Part shown: positions 9,195-19,407 of the stretch, in pieces | Position numbering within the stretch: position 1 is the stretch's first letter | Layout of the letters: each line of letters starts with the position of its first letter | Assembly: GCA_019113885.1 (NCBI GenBank) | Contig: DXGO01000029.1 | Coordinates: 29,375-93,374 of the forward strand | Reading direction: 5' to 3' | Source of the DNA: Candidatus Alistipes intestinipullorum | Lineage (GTDB): Bacteria > Bacteroidota > Bacteroidia > Bacteroidales > Rikenellaceae | Length of the DNA stretch: 64,000 nucleotides | Made by a program: the position numbers and the translations under genes | The notes under the pieces: model-generated | Seen by the model: the letters and a program-made list of their open reading frames with translations, nothing else | Database searches by the model: none | What the model was told of the DNA's origin: nothing

Positions 9195-10676
9195 GTGGAA
9201 AGAAAAAACTATACCGTTGCCATTGACCTGGGGTGCTCGTCGGTCGTGGTGGCTGTCGGCGAAAAGACGCCTGCCGGCGAGATGTCCGTGGTATGCCTTG
9301 TCAGCAAACCCTCGGAGGGAGTCAGGGCGGGTCAGATCGAGAACATCGAACTGGTGAGCCACTCCATCCGCGAAGCGGTTTCGGAGGCCGAGGAACAGCT
9401 CGGAGTACGTATTACGGAGGCGTATGCGGGCATTTCGGGAGATTTTGTCCGTTGTGCCCGTCATACCGACCATGTCTTCGTCTACGATCCCCAGAACGGT
9501 GTCAGCCAGCACGATGTCGACGCGCTGTTCGACCGGATGCGCAACGTGCAGGCCCCCGACGACGAGACCATCATGGAGCGCGTGCCGCAGAACTACATGG
9601 TCGACGACAACCAGGAGGTGCGCAACCCCGTCGGGTCGTTCGGCAAGAAACTCTCTTCGACGTTTAATTTCATCCTTTGCCAGCGTACGCCGATGCAGCG
9701 TCTCGATATGGCGTTGAAACGACTGGGGATCAAGCTCCTGGGAGTTGTTCCCAATGCTCTGGCCACGCCCGAGGCGCTCCTCTCTCCCGACGAAAAGGAG
9801 GAGGGCGTTGCCGTGGTGGATGTCGGCGGCGGCGTGACCGACGTGACGGTCTATTGCCGCAATGTCGTGCGCTACGTGGCTTCGATCCCCATGGGCGCTT
9901 CGGCCATCAACCGCGACATCCGCACGATGAGCGTTCCGGAGAAACATGTCGAAAGTCTCAAACAGAAATACGGTTCGGCAGTGGCCGAACTGGCTCCCGA
10001 GGACAAACTGATCCGTGTCAGCGGCCGTACGGCCCGCGAGGCAAAGGACATCCTGCTACGTAACCTGGCCACGGTGATCGAGGCCAGGGCCATGGATATC
10101 GTCGAATTCGTCCTTCAGGAGATCAAGGATTCGGGGTATGCCGGAAAACTTGCCTACGGAATCGTTTTGACGGGCGGTTCTGCCAAATTGAAGGACCTCG
10201 ACGAACTTTTCCGCCGGGTATCGGGACTCGATGTCCGTGTGGCGGTTCCCGAGATCGGCATTGCCGAGGAGTCGCTCTCCAAGGTGTCCGATCCGGCTTT
10301 CGCTACTGTGGTGGGATTGCTGCTGAAGGGAGCTGCGAAGGGTGGCTGTGCCGTATTGGAGCGTCCCGTTCAGCCGGCTTCTCAGCCTGCGGCCCGACCG
10401 GTCGCTCAGCCTGCGGACGCGGCCATGCACCGTCCCTATGCTCCGACCCCGCCGGCCGGAGGAATCCGCCAGCCGGAAGGAATCGGGCAGAAGACTCAGC
10501 CCGCAGTGCCTTCGCAGCCTGCCGAACCAGCGGACGATCCTCACGCCGGGGCAGAGGAGGAAATCCCGGAAAATACGGTCAAGCCCAAACCCAAGCGGGA
10601 CTGGGGCACGATCTTCCAGCGTACGTTCGACAAGATCAATAAGAGCTTTGCGGCGGGCGACGACGAGGAGATCTGA
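9195..10676 (+). CDS. ftsA: Cell division protein FtsA
   Basis: AIDLG, VVDVGGGVTD, GIVLTGGSA, Pro/Ala-rich linker, C-terminal amphipathic helix; GTG start. Confidence 0.96.
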   Translation: MERKNYTVAIDLGCSSVVVAVGEKTPAGEMSVVCLVSKPSEGVRAGQIENIELVSHSIREAVSEAEEQLGVRITEAYAGISGDFVRCARHTDHVFVYDPQNGVSQHDVDALFDRMRNVQAPDDETIMERVPQNYMVDDNQEVRNPVGSFGKKLSSTFNFILCQRTPMQRLDMALKRLGIKLLGVVPNALATPEALLSPDEKEEGVAVVDVGGGVTDVTVYCRNVVRYVASIPMGASAINRDIRTMSVPEKHVESLKQKYGSAVAELAPEDKLIRVSGRTAREAKDILLRNLATVIEARAMDIVEFVLQEIKDSGYAGKLAYGIVLTGGSAKLKDLDELFRRVSGLDVRVAVPEIGIAEESLSKVSDPAFATVVGLLLKGAAKGGCAVLERPVQPASQPAARPVAQPADAAMHRPYAPTPPAGGIRQPEGIGQKTQPAVPSQPAEPADDPHAGAEEEIPENTVKPKPKRDWGTIFQRTFDKINKSFAAGDDEEI

Positions 10677-10860
10677 TGCAGGACGTTCCCGGCGTGCCGA
10701 TTCCCTCTGTGCGTGTTGCAGTCCCATTCCCCGAGGAGCGAGGAACGGGGCGGAGGATTGAAGCCCTCTTTGCCAGCGACGTACGGACCCGACGGACGGG
10801 AAGAGTGTCTGCCGGACGGCCCTGAAAAACATGTAGAATTGAAAACAAGCGAAAAGAGAT

Positions 10861-12168
10861 ATGACAGATGAACTGATGTCGGAAATCAAAGCCCCTCGTA
10901 CCGGAAATTCGATCATTACGGTGGTTGGAGTTGGTGGTGCGGGCGGCAATGCGGTGAACCACATGTGGAACCTCGGAATCCGGGGCGTGACCTTCATGGT
11001 CTGCAACACCGACCAGCAGGCCCTTGACAAGAGTCCCGTGGAGCAGAAGATCCGCCTTGGCGCCGAAGGCCTCGGGGCCGGCAACGATCCCGAGAACGGG
11101 CGTCGCGCCGCAGTCGAGACGTTGCCGGAGATCCGCCAGGCGCTCGAGGAGGCCGGGACGCGGATGATCTTCATCACGGCGGGCATGGGCGGCGGCACGG
11201 GTACCGGGGCATCGCCCGTGATTGCGAAGCTGGCCCGGGAGATGGGGCTTCTGACCGTGGCGATCGTCACCTCGCCGCTGGCTGTCGAGGGCAAGATCCG
11301 TTACGAACAGGCGCAGCGCGGTATCGACGAGTTGCGTCAGAATGTCGACTCGCTGCTGATCATCAACAACGAGAACATTCTGGAGATTTACGGCCGCCTG
11401 TCGCTCAAGCAGGCCTTCGGCAAGGCCGACGACATCCTGGCCTCGGCGGCCAAGGGCATCGCCGAGATCATCACCGTCGAGAGCGACCTGGTGAATGTCG
11501 ACTTCGCCGATGTCTCGAAGGTGATGCGCGACAGCGGCCGCGCCCACATGGCCGTGGCGACGGCCGACGGCGACAACCGTGCCGAGGCGGTGGCCGAGGC
11601 ATCGCTGCGTTCGCCGTTGCTGGACCACAACCTCATCTCGGGAGCCAAGAACATCCTGCTCAACATCTCGGTGTCGAATGCCGATGCGCTGATGTACGAG
11701 GAGGTCGTGCGCATCCTCGAATACATCCAGGCGCACGCCAGCGTGCAGGACGAGCGCGGCGTGATCCACAATGCCAACATCATCTGGGGAACGAGCGAGA
11801 AGCCGCAGTTGGGCAACGCCATCGAACTGGTGGTGGTCGCCACGGGATTCGAAAATTCCGATACCGCTGGCATGACGCCGATCGTTGCCTCCGAACCGAC
11901 GATTCCGGAGCCTGTGGTCTCCAAACCTGTGCTGGAACCGATCAAACCTGCCTCGCCGAAGCCGCAGCCGCGCCAGCCGGAGCAGGTGATGCTCGGCGCC
12001 AAGTCCACGCGCTACAACAACATCGAGAGCCTTCTGGCCAAACCCGCCTACCAGTCGCGCAATTCGAAATTTGTCGTGCAGATACCCGGCGGCCGCAAGG
12101 AGGTACTCAAGGACGAATCGGCCGACAATGCGCAGAAGACGTCATCGGGCGGCTCGTTGTTCGATTAA
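10861..12168 (+). CDS. ftsZ: Cell division protein FtsZ
   Basis: VGVGGAGGNAVN, tubulin signature GGGTGTG, NVDFAD T7 loop. Confidence 0.98.
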   Translation: MTDELMSEIKAPRTGNSIITVVGVGGAGGNAVNHMWNLGIRGVTFMVCNTDQQALDKSPVEQKIRLGAEGLGAGNDPENGRRAAVETLPEIRQALEEAGTRMIFITAGMGGGTGTGASPVIAKLAREMGLLTVAIVTSPLAVEGKIRYEQAQRGIDELRQNVDSLLIINNENILEIYGRLSLKQAFGKADDILASAAKGIAEIITVESDLVNVDFADVSKVMRDSGRAHMAVATADGDNRAEAVAEASLRSPLLDHNLISGAKNILLNISVSNADALMYEEVVRILEYIQAHASVQDERGVIHNANIIWGTSEKPQLGNAIELVVVATGFENSDTAGMTPIVASEPTIPEPVVSKPVLEPIKPASPKPQPRQPEQVMLGAKSTRYNNIESLLAKPAYQSRNSKFVVQIPGGRKEVLKDESADNAQKTSSGGSLFD

Positions 12169-12184
12169 CTAATCTGTCTGCGAT

Positions 12185-13465
12185 TTGGAAGAGCTGCAAC
12201 CCTGGATTACCTACAACGGATTTTCTTCCCACGTCATCGTGCTGTGTGCGGTGACGCTTTTCCTGTTGTGCATCTCAGCGCTTGTCTCGGGAGCCGAGAC
12301 ATCGTTCTTTTCCCTCTCGCACAACGACATCCGCCGGCTCAAGGACCGGCGTAGCGCCAGTGCCGAAGCAATGCTCCGCCTGCTGTCGGACGTCGATCTG
12401 CTGCTGGCAACCATTCTGGTGATCAACAACCTGGTGAACATCTGCATCGTCATCCTCACGGCTAACATCATCGATTCGCTGTTCACGTTCCAGCGTTTCG
12501 TCTTTCTCTTCAAGACCGTGCTGGTGACCTTCCTGCTGTTGCTTTTCGGGGAGATCATGCCCAAGGTGCTTGCGCAGACCATCCCGTTGCGCTTTGCCTC
12601 GATGGTGGCCCGTCCGCTGCTCGTGTTGCGGTGGGTCTTCTATCCGCTCTCTTACATCCTGGTGCGCACGAGCAGCCGCATTAGCGAGAAGGCTGCGCAC
12701 CGTAGCGAGATCTCGCTCGACGAACTGGCCGATGCCGTCGACATGACGCAGACCAGCAATCCCGAGGAGCACGTGATGCTGTCGGGGATCGTCAACTTCG
12801 TCAATACCGAGGTGCAGGAGATCATGAAACCTCGGGTCGACATGACGGCCCTCGACATGACCGACGACTACGAGACGGTCAAACGGACGATTATCGAGTC
12901 TGGCTTTTCGCGCATTCCGGTCTATGAGGAGGATGCCGACCACATCCGCGGCACGCTCTACGTCAAGGACCTGCTTCCCTATATCAATAACGATCGGGAT
13001 TTTGCGTGGCAGCAGCTGATCCGCAAACCCTATTTCGTCCCGGAACACAAGAAGATCAGCGACCTGCTGGGCGATTTTCAGACCAACAAGGTGCACATGG
13101 CCATCGTTGTCGACGAATACGGCTCGACGCTGGGACTTGTTTCGCTGGAAGACATCATCGAGGAGATTGTCGGGGAGATATCCGATGAGAGCGACAACGA
13201 TGAACACCTCTATACGCGTCTCGATGCCAGGAGTTTCTTATTCGAGGGGAAGACCCACCTGGGGGATTTCGAACGTATCGTGGAGATCGACGAAGGCACC
13301 TTTGCCGACATCCGCGGCGAGGCTGAAACCCTCGCGGGGCTGATGCTGGAGCTCAAGCGTGACTTTCCGCACAAGGGCGACAGCTTTACGGCTCACGGAT
13401 TCCGTTTCACGGTGCAGGAGATGGAGGGGCATCGCATCGACAAAATCCGTGTCGATCTCCTATGA
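12185..13465 (+). CDS. gldE: GldE-like CNNM/CBS/CorC-HlyC hemolysin-family protein
   Basis: SGAETSFFSL, FGEIMPK, CBS pair (SGFSRIPVY, IVVDEYG, LEDIIEEIVGEI), CorC domain; TTG start. Confidence 0.85.
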   Translation: MEELQPWITYNGFSSHVIVLCAVTLFLLCISALVSGAETSFFSLSHNDIRRLKDRRSASAEAMLRLLSDVDLLLATILVINNLVNICIVILTANIIDSLFTFQRFVFLFKTVLVTFLLLLFGEIMPKVLAQTIPLRFASMVARPLLVLRWVFYPLSYILVRTSSRISEKAAHRSEISLDELADAVDMTQTSNPEEHVMLSGIVNFVNTEVQEIMKPRVDMTALDMTDDYETVKRTIIESGFSRIPVYEEDADHIRGTLYVKDLLPYINNDRDFAWQQLIRKPYFVPEHKKISDLLGDFQTNKVHMAIVVDEYGSTLGLVSLEDIIEEIVGEISDESDNDEHLYTRLDARSFLFEGKTHLGDFERIVEIDEGTFADIRGEAETLAGLMLELKRDFPHKGDSFTAHGFRFTVQEMEGHRIDKIRVDLL

Positions 13466-14025
13466 TCCGGGAGTTGCTGGTCTCCCCGTTCCTCTCCGAG
13501 TCAGAGACGGCGTTGTGGGTAACGGCCGAGGAGGCTGCTCATGCCGCAGGTTACGGGTCGCTGCGCCGTCGGGCCGAGTACCTGACGTGGCGGGCGCTGG
13601 TACGCCGCCGTCTGGGGGCCGGGGTGCGGATCGCCTACGATGAGGTCGGGGCCCCCGTGTTGCCCGAAACTCCGTGGTACCTTTCCGTGGCGCATTGTGC
13701 CGGATGTGTGGCCGTGTACCTTGCCGATGTCCGCTGTGCCGTGGATGTCGAACCGGCGGTGCGGGATTTCCATCGAGTCGTGGACCGCATTGCAACGCCA
13801 GCCGAGCGTGCATTGTCGTCCGATTCCCGTTGGCCGGGAGTGCTGTGGTGCGTGAAGGAGTGCCTGTACAAATACGCCCGCCGTCCAGGAGCGGATTTCG
13901 CGCGTGACCTTCGGGTCGAGTCTGCCGACCTTGTGCAGGGGCGGGTTGATGCCCGGGCCTTCGATGAGGCTGTTTCCCTGACTCTTCGCCTCGACGGGGA
14001 ATTCACCATCGTCTCTATCCCCTGA
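13462..14025 (+). CDS. 4'-phosphopantetheinyl transferase superfamily protein
   Basis: RRAEYL..R, SVAH, AVDVE, WCVKECLYK (WxxKExxxK motif). Confidence 0.85.
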   Translation: MIRELLVSPFLSESETALWVTAEEAAHAAGYGSLRRRAEYLTWRALVRRRLGAGVRIAYDEVGAPVLPETPWYLSVAHCAGCVAVYLADVRCAVDVEPAVRDFHRVVDRIATPAERALSSDSRWPGVLWCVKECLYKYARRPGADFARDLRVESADLVQGRVDARAFDEAVSLTLRLDGEFTIVSIP

Positions 14026-14042
14026 ATTTGCGTATTACATGA

Positions 14043-14087
14043 CATGAAAATCCCGGCCTTCTGTCAGGAAAGCCGGGATTTTCCATG
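14043..14087. terminator. Bidirectional intrinsic terminator between convergent PPTase and pepC genes
   Basis: AAAATCCCGGC...GCCGGGATTTT inverted repeat. Confidence 0.75.
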
Positions 14088-14131
14088 CTGATTTTACGTT
14101 ACCCCCCCCCTCCGACGGGCGGGGCGGCGGG

Positions 14132-15340
14132 TTACTTTACGCCGATCTTCTTGAGAATCTCTTTGGGAACGGCATTCTTGTTGACCAGGACGGTCATGGT
14201 CTTGTAGGCCACGAACGGCCGCGAGAAGTACCAGTAGCCATCGTAGGGGCCCGTCACGTTCCACGAGTTCTTCACCTTGTAGTAGGGGTTTCCTTTCTGG
14301 TCGACGGCCGTTCCGACGATGTGCATGCCGTGGTCGTCGGTCGTCTCGTAGTTGTCATATCCCTGCTGGCGGAGCTCCTGCGTAATGGTGCGCTCCTTGC
14401 CGGGCTTGTCGAATTTGTACAGTGCGGCCTCCTTCTCCTTTTCGGTCAGTTTGCCCCATCTCTCGGCTTCGGTGCCCTCCATGCCCTCGAGGTCGGCCTC
14501 CGGGATGATGGCGATGCCCTTCGTGCGGCTGAAGCCCTTCTCGCTGACATCCGTGCCCCAGGCGATCGTATAACCCTTTTCGAGCGACGCGTCGACGATC
14601 TGCATCATCTCGTCGAGCGTGACGTTCCACACCTTGTCCCAGTTCCAGTTGTCGGGAACCTCCATGGCGAACTGCGTGTAGAAGGGATGGTGGGTGAACG
14701 ACGTAAACTCGAGGTAGTCCTCCATGTCGACGGGCAGCGATGCGGCGAACGACTGCGGCGTGTACTCCTTTCCTGCGTAGGTGAAGGTCTCGGGGCGGGG
14801 TCCGAAGTAGGCGTCGAGGATGCCGTTGAGCCCGGCCTGCCAGGCGGTCGTGAGTTTCCCGCCGCTACGCTTCTCGGCCGCCGAGATCACCGCGTCGGCA
14901 TACGCTTTGATCACGGCGTCGATCTCGTCGAAGTCGGGCTTGTCGGTACCGTAGTTGAGGCCCGGATAGACCTCTTCGGGCACGATGCCATAGGTTTGGA
15001 TACCGCCCGTGACGTCGTGGGCCTGGCCGCCGACTGCAAGGTTCAGCGACCCGTGCAGCCGCACGTACTTCACGGCCTTTTCGAAGTAGATGTTGCGGAC
15101 GATCCACATCTCCGAGAGGTCGAGTTCGGGGCCTCCGGCGCGCAGGATCTCGCTCTCGATGAATGATAGCGTCGAATAGCACCAGCAGGTGCCGCTGCGG
15201 CTCTGATCCTTGACCGATGTTGCGGGCAGGATGTTGGTGTCGGTGAATTGGTACCCCTCGGCCTCGGACGTTTCGGGGGGCTGGGCGGCGGCTCCGGTGA
15301 GCGAACCGATCAGAAACAGGGCGAGAAAAAGTCTTTTCAT
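14132..15340 (-). CDS. Secreted C1B cysteine aminopeptidase (bleomycin hydrolase/PepC family)
   Basis: Signal peptide from ATG 15340; QSRSGTCW, DDHGMH and VKNSW catalytic motifs. Confidence 0.92.
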   Translation of the reverse strand: MKRLFLALFLIGSLTGAAAQPPETSEAEGYQFTDTNILPATSVKDQSRSGTCWCYSTLSFIESEILRAGGPELDLSEMWIVRNIYFEKAVKYVRLHGSLNLAVGGQAHDVTGGIQTYGIVPEEVYPGLNYGTDKPDFDEIDAVIKAYADAVISAAEKRSGGKLTTAWQAGLNGILDAYFGPRPETFTYAGKEYTPQSFAASLPVDMEDYLEFTSFTHHPFYTQFAMEVPDNWNWDKVWNVTLDEMMQIVDASLEKGYTIAWGTDVSEKGFSRTKGIAIIPEADLEGMEGTEAERWGKLTEKEKEAALYKFDKPGKERTITQELRQQGYDNYETTDDHGMHIVGTAVDQKGNPYYKVKNSWNVTGPYDGYWYFSRPFVAYKTMTVLVNKNAVPKEILKKIGVK

Positions 15341-15366
15341 GTTCGGGTTGTTTGGCTGGTTGATGT

Positions 15367-17664
15367 TTACTTTTTCGAGTTGGCAACGATTTTCAGGCAC
15401 TCGTCGAGGGTCAGTTCCTCGGGTTTCGTGCCTTTGGGCAGTCGGTAATTCTTCCCCTTGTAGGCGATGTAGGCGCCGTAGCGGCCGTTCTTGACCAGCA
15501 TCTCGGGGTCTTCGGGGAAGCTTTTCAGCGGGGTGTTGGCCGCCGAAGCCGCCGCCTGGCGTTCGTGGATCAACTCCACGGCCCGCTCATAGCTGATCGT
15601 ATAGGGGTCGTCGCTTTTGGCCAGCGAGGCGAACGACTTTCCGTGGCGGACATAGGGTCCGTATTTGCCCACTCCGACGGTCAGTTCCTCGCCGTCCAGC
15701 TCTCCGAGCTTCCGCGGCAGGGCAAAGAGCTCCAGCGCCTCCTCCAGGGTGATTGATTCGATGAGCTGCCCTTTCTTGAGCGAGGCAAAGCGCCCCTTTT
15801 CCCCTTCGTTGCCCTCGATCTCGACCATCGGTCCGTAACGCCCGATGCGCGCTTTGACCGTGTGTCCCGTCTTGGGGTCGGTCCCGAGGATGCGGGCTTC
15901 ACGCTTGGTGTCGTTCTGCGTCGAGATGGCGGCATCGACCATCTTGTGGAACGGCCCGTAGAAGGCCTCGATCATCTTGTTCCACGTGATGTCGCCTTCG
16001 GCGATGCGGTCGAACTCCTTCTCGACGTTGGCCGTGAAGTTGTAGTCGATGATCGGACCGAACTGCTTCTCCAGGTAGTCGTTCACCACCATGCCGATGT
16101 CGGTGGGCGAGAGGCGGTTCTTCTCCTTGCCGTAGTTCTCGGTCAGCTCCTTCTGCGCGATCTTTTCGCCGGTGAGGGTCATCTGGCGGTAGCTGCGTTT
16201 CTGTCCCTCGAGGTTCTGCTTGACGATGTATCCGCGGTTGATGATCGTGGTGATGGTGGGCGCGTAGGTCGAAGGACGTCCGATCCCCAACTCTTCGAGT
16301 CGTTTCACGAGTGATGCTTCGTTGTAGCGGGCGGGCGCCTGCGTGAAGCGTTCCGTTGCTGTGATCTGTTCAGCCTGCAACGGGTCTCCCGGAGTCAGCT
16401 TCGGCAACAGTCCCGTGCTGCTTTCGGAGCCCGAATCGTCGTCAGTCGATTCGGCGTAGAGGCGCAGGAACCCGTCGAAGCGGATCTCCTCGCCTTGAGC
16501 CACGAACTGATGCGATGACCCCGAAATGTCGATGGCGACGGTCGTGCGGTCCAGCTCGGCGCATACCATCTGCGAGGCGACCGTGCGTTTCCAGATCAGG
16601 TCGTAGAGCCGTTTCTCGGCCGTGGTGCCCTCGATCTCCTGCCGGTCGATGTACGACGGACGGATGGCCTCGTGGGCCTCCTGTGCCCCTTTGGTCTTGG
16701 TCTTGTAGTTGAACCACCGGGAGTATTTCTCTCCGAAGAGCTTCGTTACCTCCTCCTTGCACTGGGCCAGCGCCTGCTGCGAGAGATTCACCGAGTCGGT
16801 ACGCATGTAGGTGATCAGACCCTGTTCGTAGAGGTGCTGCGCTACGGACATCGTTTGCGAGACCGACATGCCCAACTTGCGCCCGGCCTCCTGTTGAAGC
16901 GTCGAGGTCGTGAACGGCGGGGCGGGATAGCGCTGTGCGGGCTTTTTCTCCACCCGGGCGACGGTGAAGTTCGCTCCGATGCAGCTGCGGAGGAATGCCT
17001 CGGCCTCCTCGGCCGTTTCGAAGCGCGTGGGGATTTCGGCCTTGAAGAGGGTCTTCTCCCCGCTGCCGGTCGTGTGGAACTGTGCGACGACCCGGAAGTA
17101 GGGCGACGGGCGGAAGGCGATGATCTCGCGCTCGCGCTCGACAATCAGCCGCACGGCGACCGACTGTACACGTCCGGCCGAGAGCGACGGACGCACCTTT
17201 TTCCACAGTACGGGCGAGAGTTCGAATCCGACCAGCCGGTCGAGGATGCGCCGGGCCTGCTGTGCGTTTACCAGGTCCATGTTGACCGTCCTCGGGTTCT
17301 CGATGGCCTCGAGGATGGCGCGTTTGGTGATTTCGTGGAAGACGATGCGCTTGGTGCGGTCGACGGGCAGCCCGAGGACCTCTGCCAGGTGCCAGGCGAT
17401 AGCCTCTCCTTCGCGGTCTTCATCGGAGGCGAGCCAGACGGTCTTTTCCTTGGCCAGGCGGCTCAACTCGTCGACGATTTTCTTCTTGTTGCTCGGAATC
17501 TCGTAGACCGGCTTGAAGTCTTCATCGATATGGATGCCCAGATCCTTCTTCGAGAGGTCGCGGATGTGTCCGAAACTCGACTTGACGATGTAATCCTTGC
17601 CGAGAAACTTCTCGATGGTCTTGGCCTTGGCCGGGGACTCTACGATAACTAAATTTTCCTGCAT
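15367..17664 (-). CDS. topA: DNA topoisomerase I
   Basis: LVIVESPAKAK, DEDREGEAI, SAGRVQS, ITYMRTDS, GIGRPSTYA, C-terminal GRYGP repeats. Confidence 0.98.
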   Translation of the reverse strand: MQENLVIVESPAKAKTIEKFLGKDYIVKSSFGHIRDLSKKDLGIHIDEDFKPVYEIPSNKKKIVDELSRLAKEKTVWLASDEDREGEAIAWHLAEVLGLPVDRTKRIVFHEITKRAILEAIENPRTVNMDLVNAQQARRILDRLVGFELSPVLWKKVRPSLSAGRVQSVAVRLIVEREREIIAFRPSPYFRVVAQFHTTGSGEKTLFKAEIPTRFETAEEAEAFLRSCIGANFTVARVEKKPAQRYPAPPFTTSTLQQEAGRKLGMSVSQTMSVAQHLYEQGLITYMRTDSVNLSQQALAQCKEEVTKLFGEKYSRWFNYKTKTKGAQEAHEAIRPSYIDRQEIEGTTAEKRLYDLIWKRTVASQMVCAELDRTTVAIDISGSSHQFVAQGEEIRFDGFLRLYAESTDDDSGSESSTGLLPKLTPGDPLQAEQITATERFTQAPARYNEASLVKRLEELGIGRPSTYAPTITTIINRGYIVKQNLEGQKRSYRQMTLTGEKIAQKELTENYGKEKNRLSPTDIGMVVNDYLEKQFGPIIDYNFTANVEKEFDRIAEGDITWNKMIEAFYGPFHKMVDAAISTQNDTKREARILGTDPKTGHTVKARIGRYGPMVEIEGNEGEKGRFASLKKGQLIESITLEEALELFALPRKLGELDGEELTVGVGKYGPYVRHGKSFASLAKSDDPYTISYERAVELIHERQAAASAANTPLKSFPEDPEMLVKNGRYGAYIAYKGKNYRLPKGTKPEELTLDECLKIVANSKK

Positions 17665-17681
17665 GGGAACGGGTTCTTTTC

Positions 17682-17713
17682 AAAAGCGAAAACCTAAGTT
17701 GCGCACTTAGGTT
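17682..17713 (-). terminator. Hairpin, possible terminator between DUF4270 and topA
   Basis: AACCTAAGT-N5-ACTTAGGTT followed on the minus strand by TTCGCTTTTG. Confidence 0.45.
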
Positions 17714-17739
17714 CCGCGGGGGATAGAACGTCTTGTTTT

Positions 17740-19407
17740 CTATTTGATCAGGTTGTATACCATCTCGAAACGGATGGGAGCGTTGTTTTCCGTCGCAGCT
17801 CCCGGGTCGGTTGCCATGCCCTGCAGCATGCCGAACGGAGTGGAGAAGACGCTGTAGGCTTCGGGGCCGATGTAGATTTTGCGGAGCGGGATGTTGTCCC
17901 ATTCGATGGCGCGGTTTCCCGTTTCGGCGGCGCTCTTCTCCTTGAGGTAGCTGTTCCACAACTGCTGCACATACCCGGTGATGTCCATCACATAGCAGGC
18001 GCGGCTGCGGTTGATATATCCACCGTATGCGAGCGTTGCGTTGTAATTGGCTTCGTAGGCGTATGCATAGTCGGCGATGGCCGAGAGTTTCTTATAATTG
18101 GAGTAGAGCCCCAGCCGGTTCGGGAAGGTTCCCATCTGGTAGAGCAGCCGGTTGCCGTTGGCGAAGGGGTCGACCTTTTCCCAGTCGTAATCGCTGTCGG
18201 GCAGGTAGATCGACATGCGTACCTGGCTGAAGGCGATGGTTTGGAAATTCTTCTCGTCGGCTTCGTTTGTCTTGCGGATCTCCTCTTCCAGCGCTTCGAA
18301 GAACTCCGGGCGGAAGGTCATCTCCGAGATGATGCCATTGTATCCTTCGACATGGATTGTCGGAGTCGTCGGACGGTTTTCATTCGTTTCGCGGGCCTTG
18401 TCGATGTCGATCAGCGACGCCGTGGCTTTCGAATAGTCGTGGCTGATGGAGTTGACCGAGACATTGCCGTGTTCGAGGCCCGAGGTATAGAAGTAGTAGA
18501 CCATGCCGATAGTATCCTTTATCAGGAGCGGGTCGCCCTCCACGCGGTTCCGGCAGAATACCGACAGCCCCGACATCTCGAGTTCCGTGGCATAGATCGT
18601 ACCTTTGCCTGGTTCGTTGATCTCGCTGCCCGGTTTCGGACAGATATAGAGCCCGCGGAACTCCTCGAACCACTGCTGGAGGCTGTCCGCACTGTAGATC
18701 GAGTAGTCATTGTAGTATTTTTCACCCTCTTTCTGAAGCATCAGCCGCTGGATGTAGTCCTTTCCCGCATCGGTCGGAACCAGGGTTATGGCCGTGGAGT
18801 TTGTGGGTTCTTGATCGCCGCCGAGCGTGAAGGTGAAAAGTGGCTTCTCGGGATTGTAAACCGGGTCAGCCGTGTGGCCTTTCGGATCGGGGTCCAACGG
18901 ATTGAAGTTGAGGTAGAAGGTCGAGTCTCCCTCGGGTTTTTTGGTCAGGTAGTCGTTGCTGAGCACTTCATAGATGGCAAACTCTTGGACGGTCAGCGTA
19001 TCGGGCCCGAAGCCGCTGACCGACAACAGAATCTGAGCCGAGTCGAAGATCGGCATGTAGCCGAAGTAGCCAGGGTCGACGACATAGTAATTGGTCATCT
19101 GCGTCAGGAATCCGGCCTGACGTTGTCCGATCGTGTCGTTGCATTGCGAGCCGAAGTATCCGTAGGTGATGTTCGATCCGATGATGGAGTCGGTCTGGAA
19201 AAGGCGCGTCTCGACGTATTTGCGCGGGTTGAGATCATCGATGGCAGGCAGACGGAGGAATTCGACCTTCATCTGCTGGTCGTCAGGAATGAGGTTTCCG
19301 CCCAAGGTGTCGTCGACTTGCGTACACCCGCCCAGCGACAGCGCGAAGGCGAAGGCCAGGGCTGCCATGGAGAAGAGTCGGGAGCGGTTTTTATTGAATC
19401 GCTTCAT
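17740..19407 (-). CDS. DUF4270 family lipoprotein
   Basis: ATG 19407, lipobox LSLGGC, DDTLGGNLIP; neighbour of the GT5-like gene as usual in Bacteroidota. Confidence 0.8.
   Translation of the reverse strand: MKRFNKNRSRLFSMAALAFAFALSLGGCTQVDDTLGGNLIPDDQQMKVEFLRLPAIDDLNPRKYVETRLFQTDSIIGSNITYGYFGSQCNDTIGQRQAGFLTQMTNYYVVDPGYFGYMPIFDSAQILLSVSGFGPDTLTVQEFAIYEVLSNDYLTKKPEGDSTFYLNFNPLDPDPKGHTADPVYNPEKPLFTFTLGGDQEPTNSTAITLVPTDAGKDYIQRLMLQKEGEKYYNDYSIYSADSLQQWFEEFRGLYICPKPGSEINEPGKGTIYATELEMSGLSVFCRNRVEGDPLLIKDTIGMVYYFYTSGLEHGNVSVNSISHDYSKATASLIDIDKARETNENRPTTPTIHVEGYNGIISEMTFRPEFFEALEEEIRKTNEADEKNFQTIAFSQVRMSIYLPDSDYDWEKVDPFANGNRLLYQMGTFPNRLGLYSNYKKLSAIADYAYAYEANYNATLAYGGYINRSRACYVMDITGYVQQLWNSYLKEKSAAETGNRAIEWDNIPLRKIYIGPEAYSVFSTPFGMLQGMATDPGAATENNAPIRFEMVYNLIK

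Noticed and set aside
10370-10530. Repeated CTCAGCCTGCGG / QPA units in ftsA
   Set aside because: Ordinary low-complexity linker before the membrane-targeting helix
12185-13465. gldE as evidence of gliding motility
   Set aside because: GldE is a CNNM/CorC-type protein common in non-gliding Bacteroidota; no other gld or spr genes are present here
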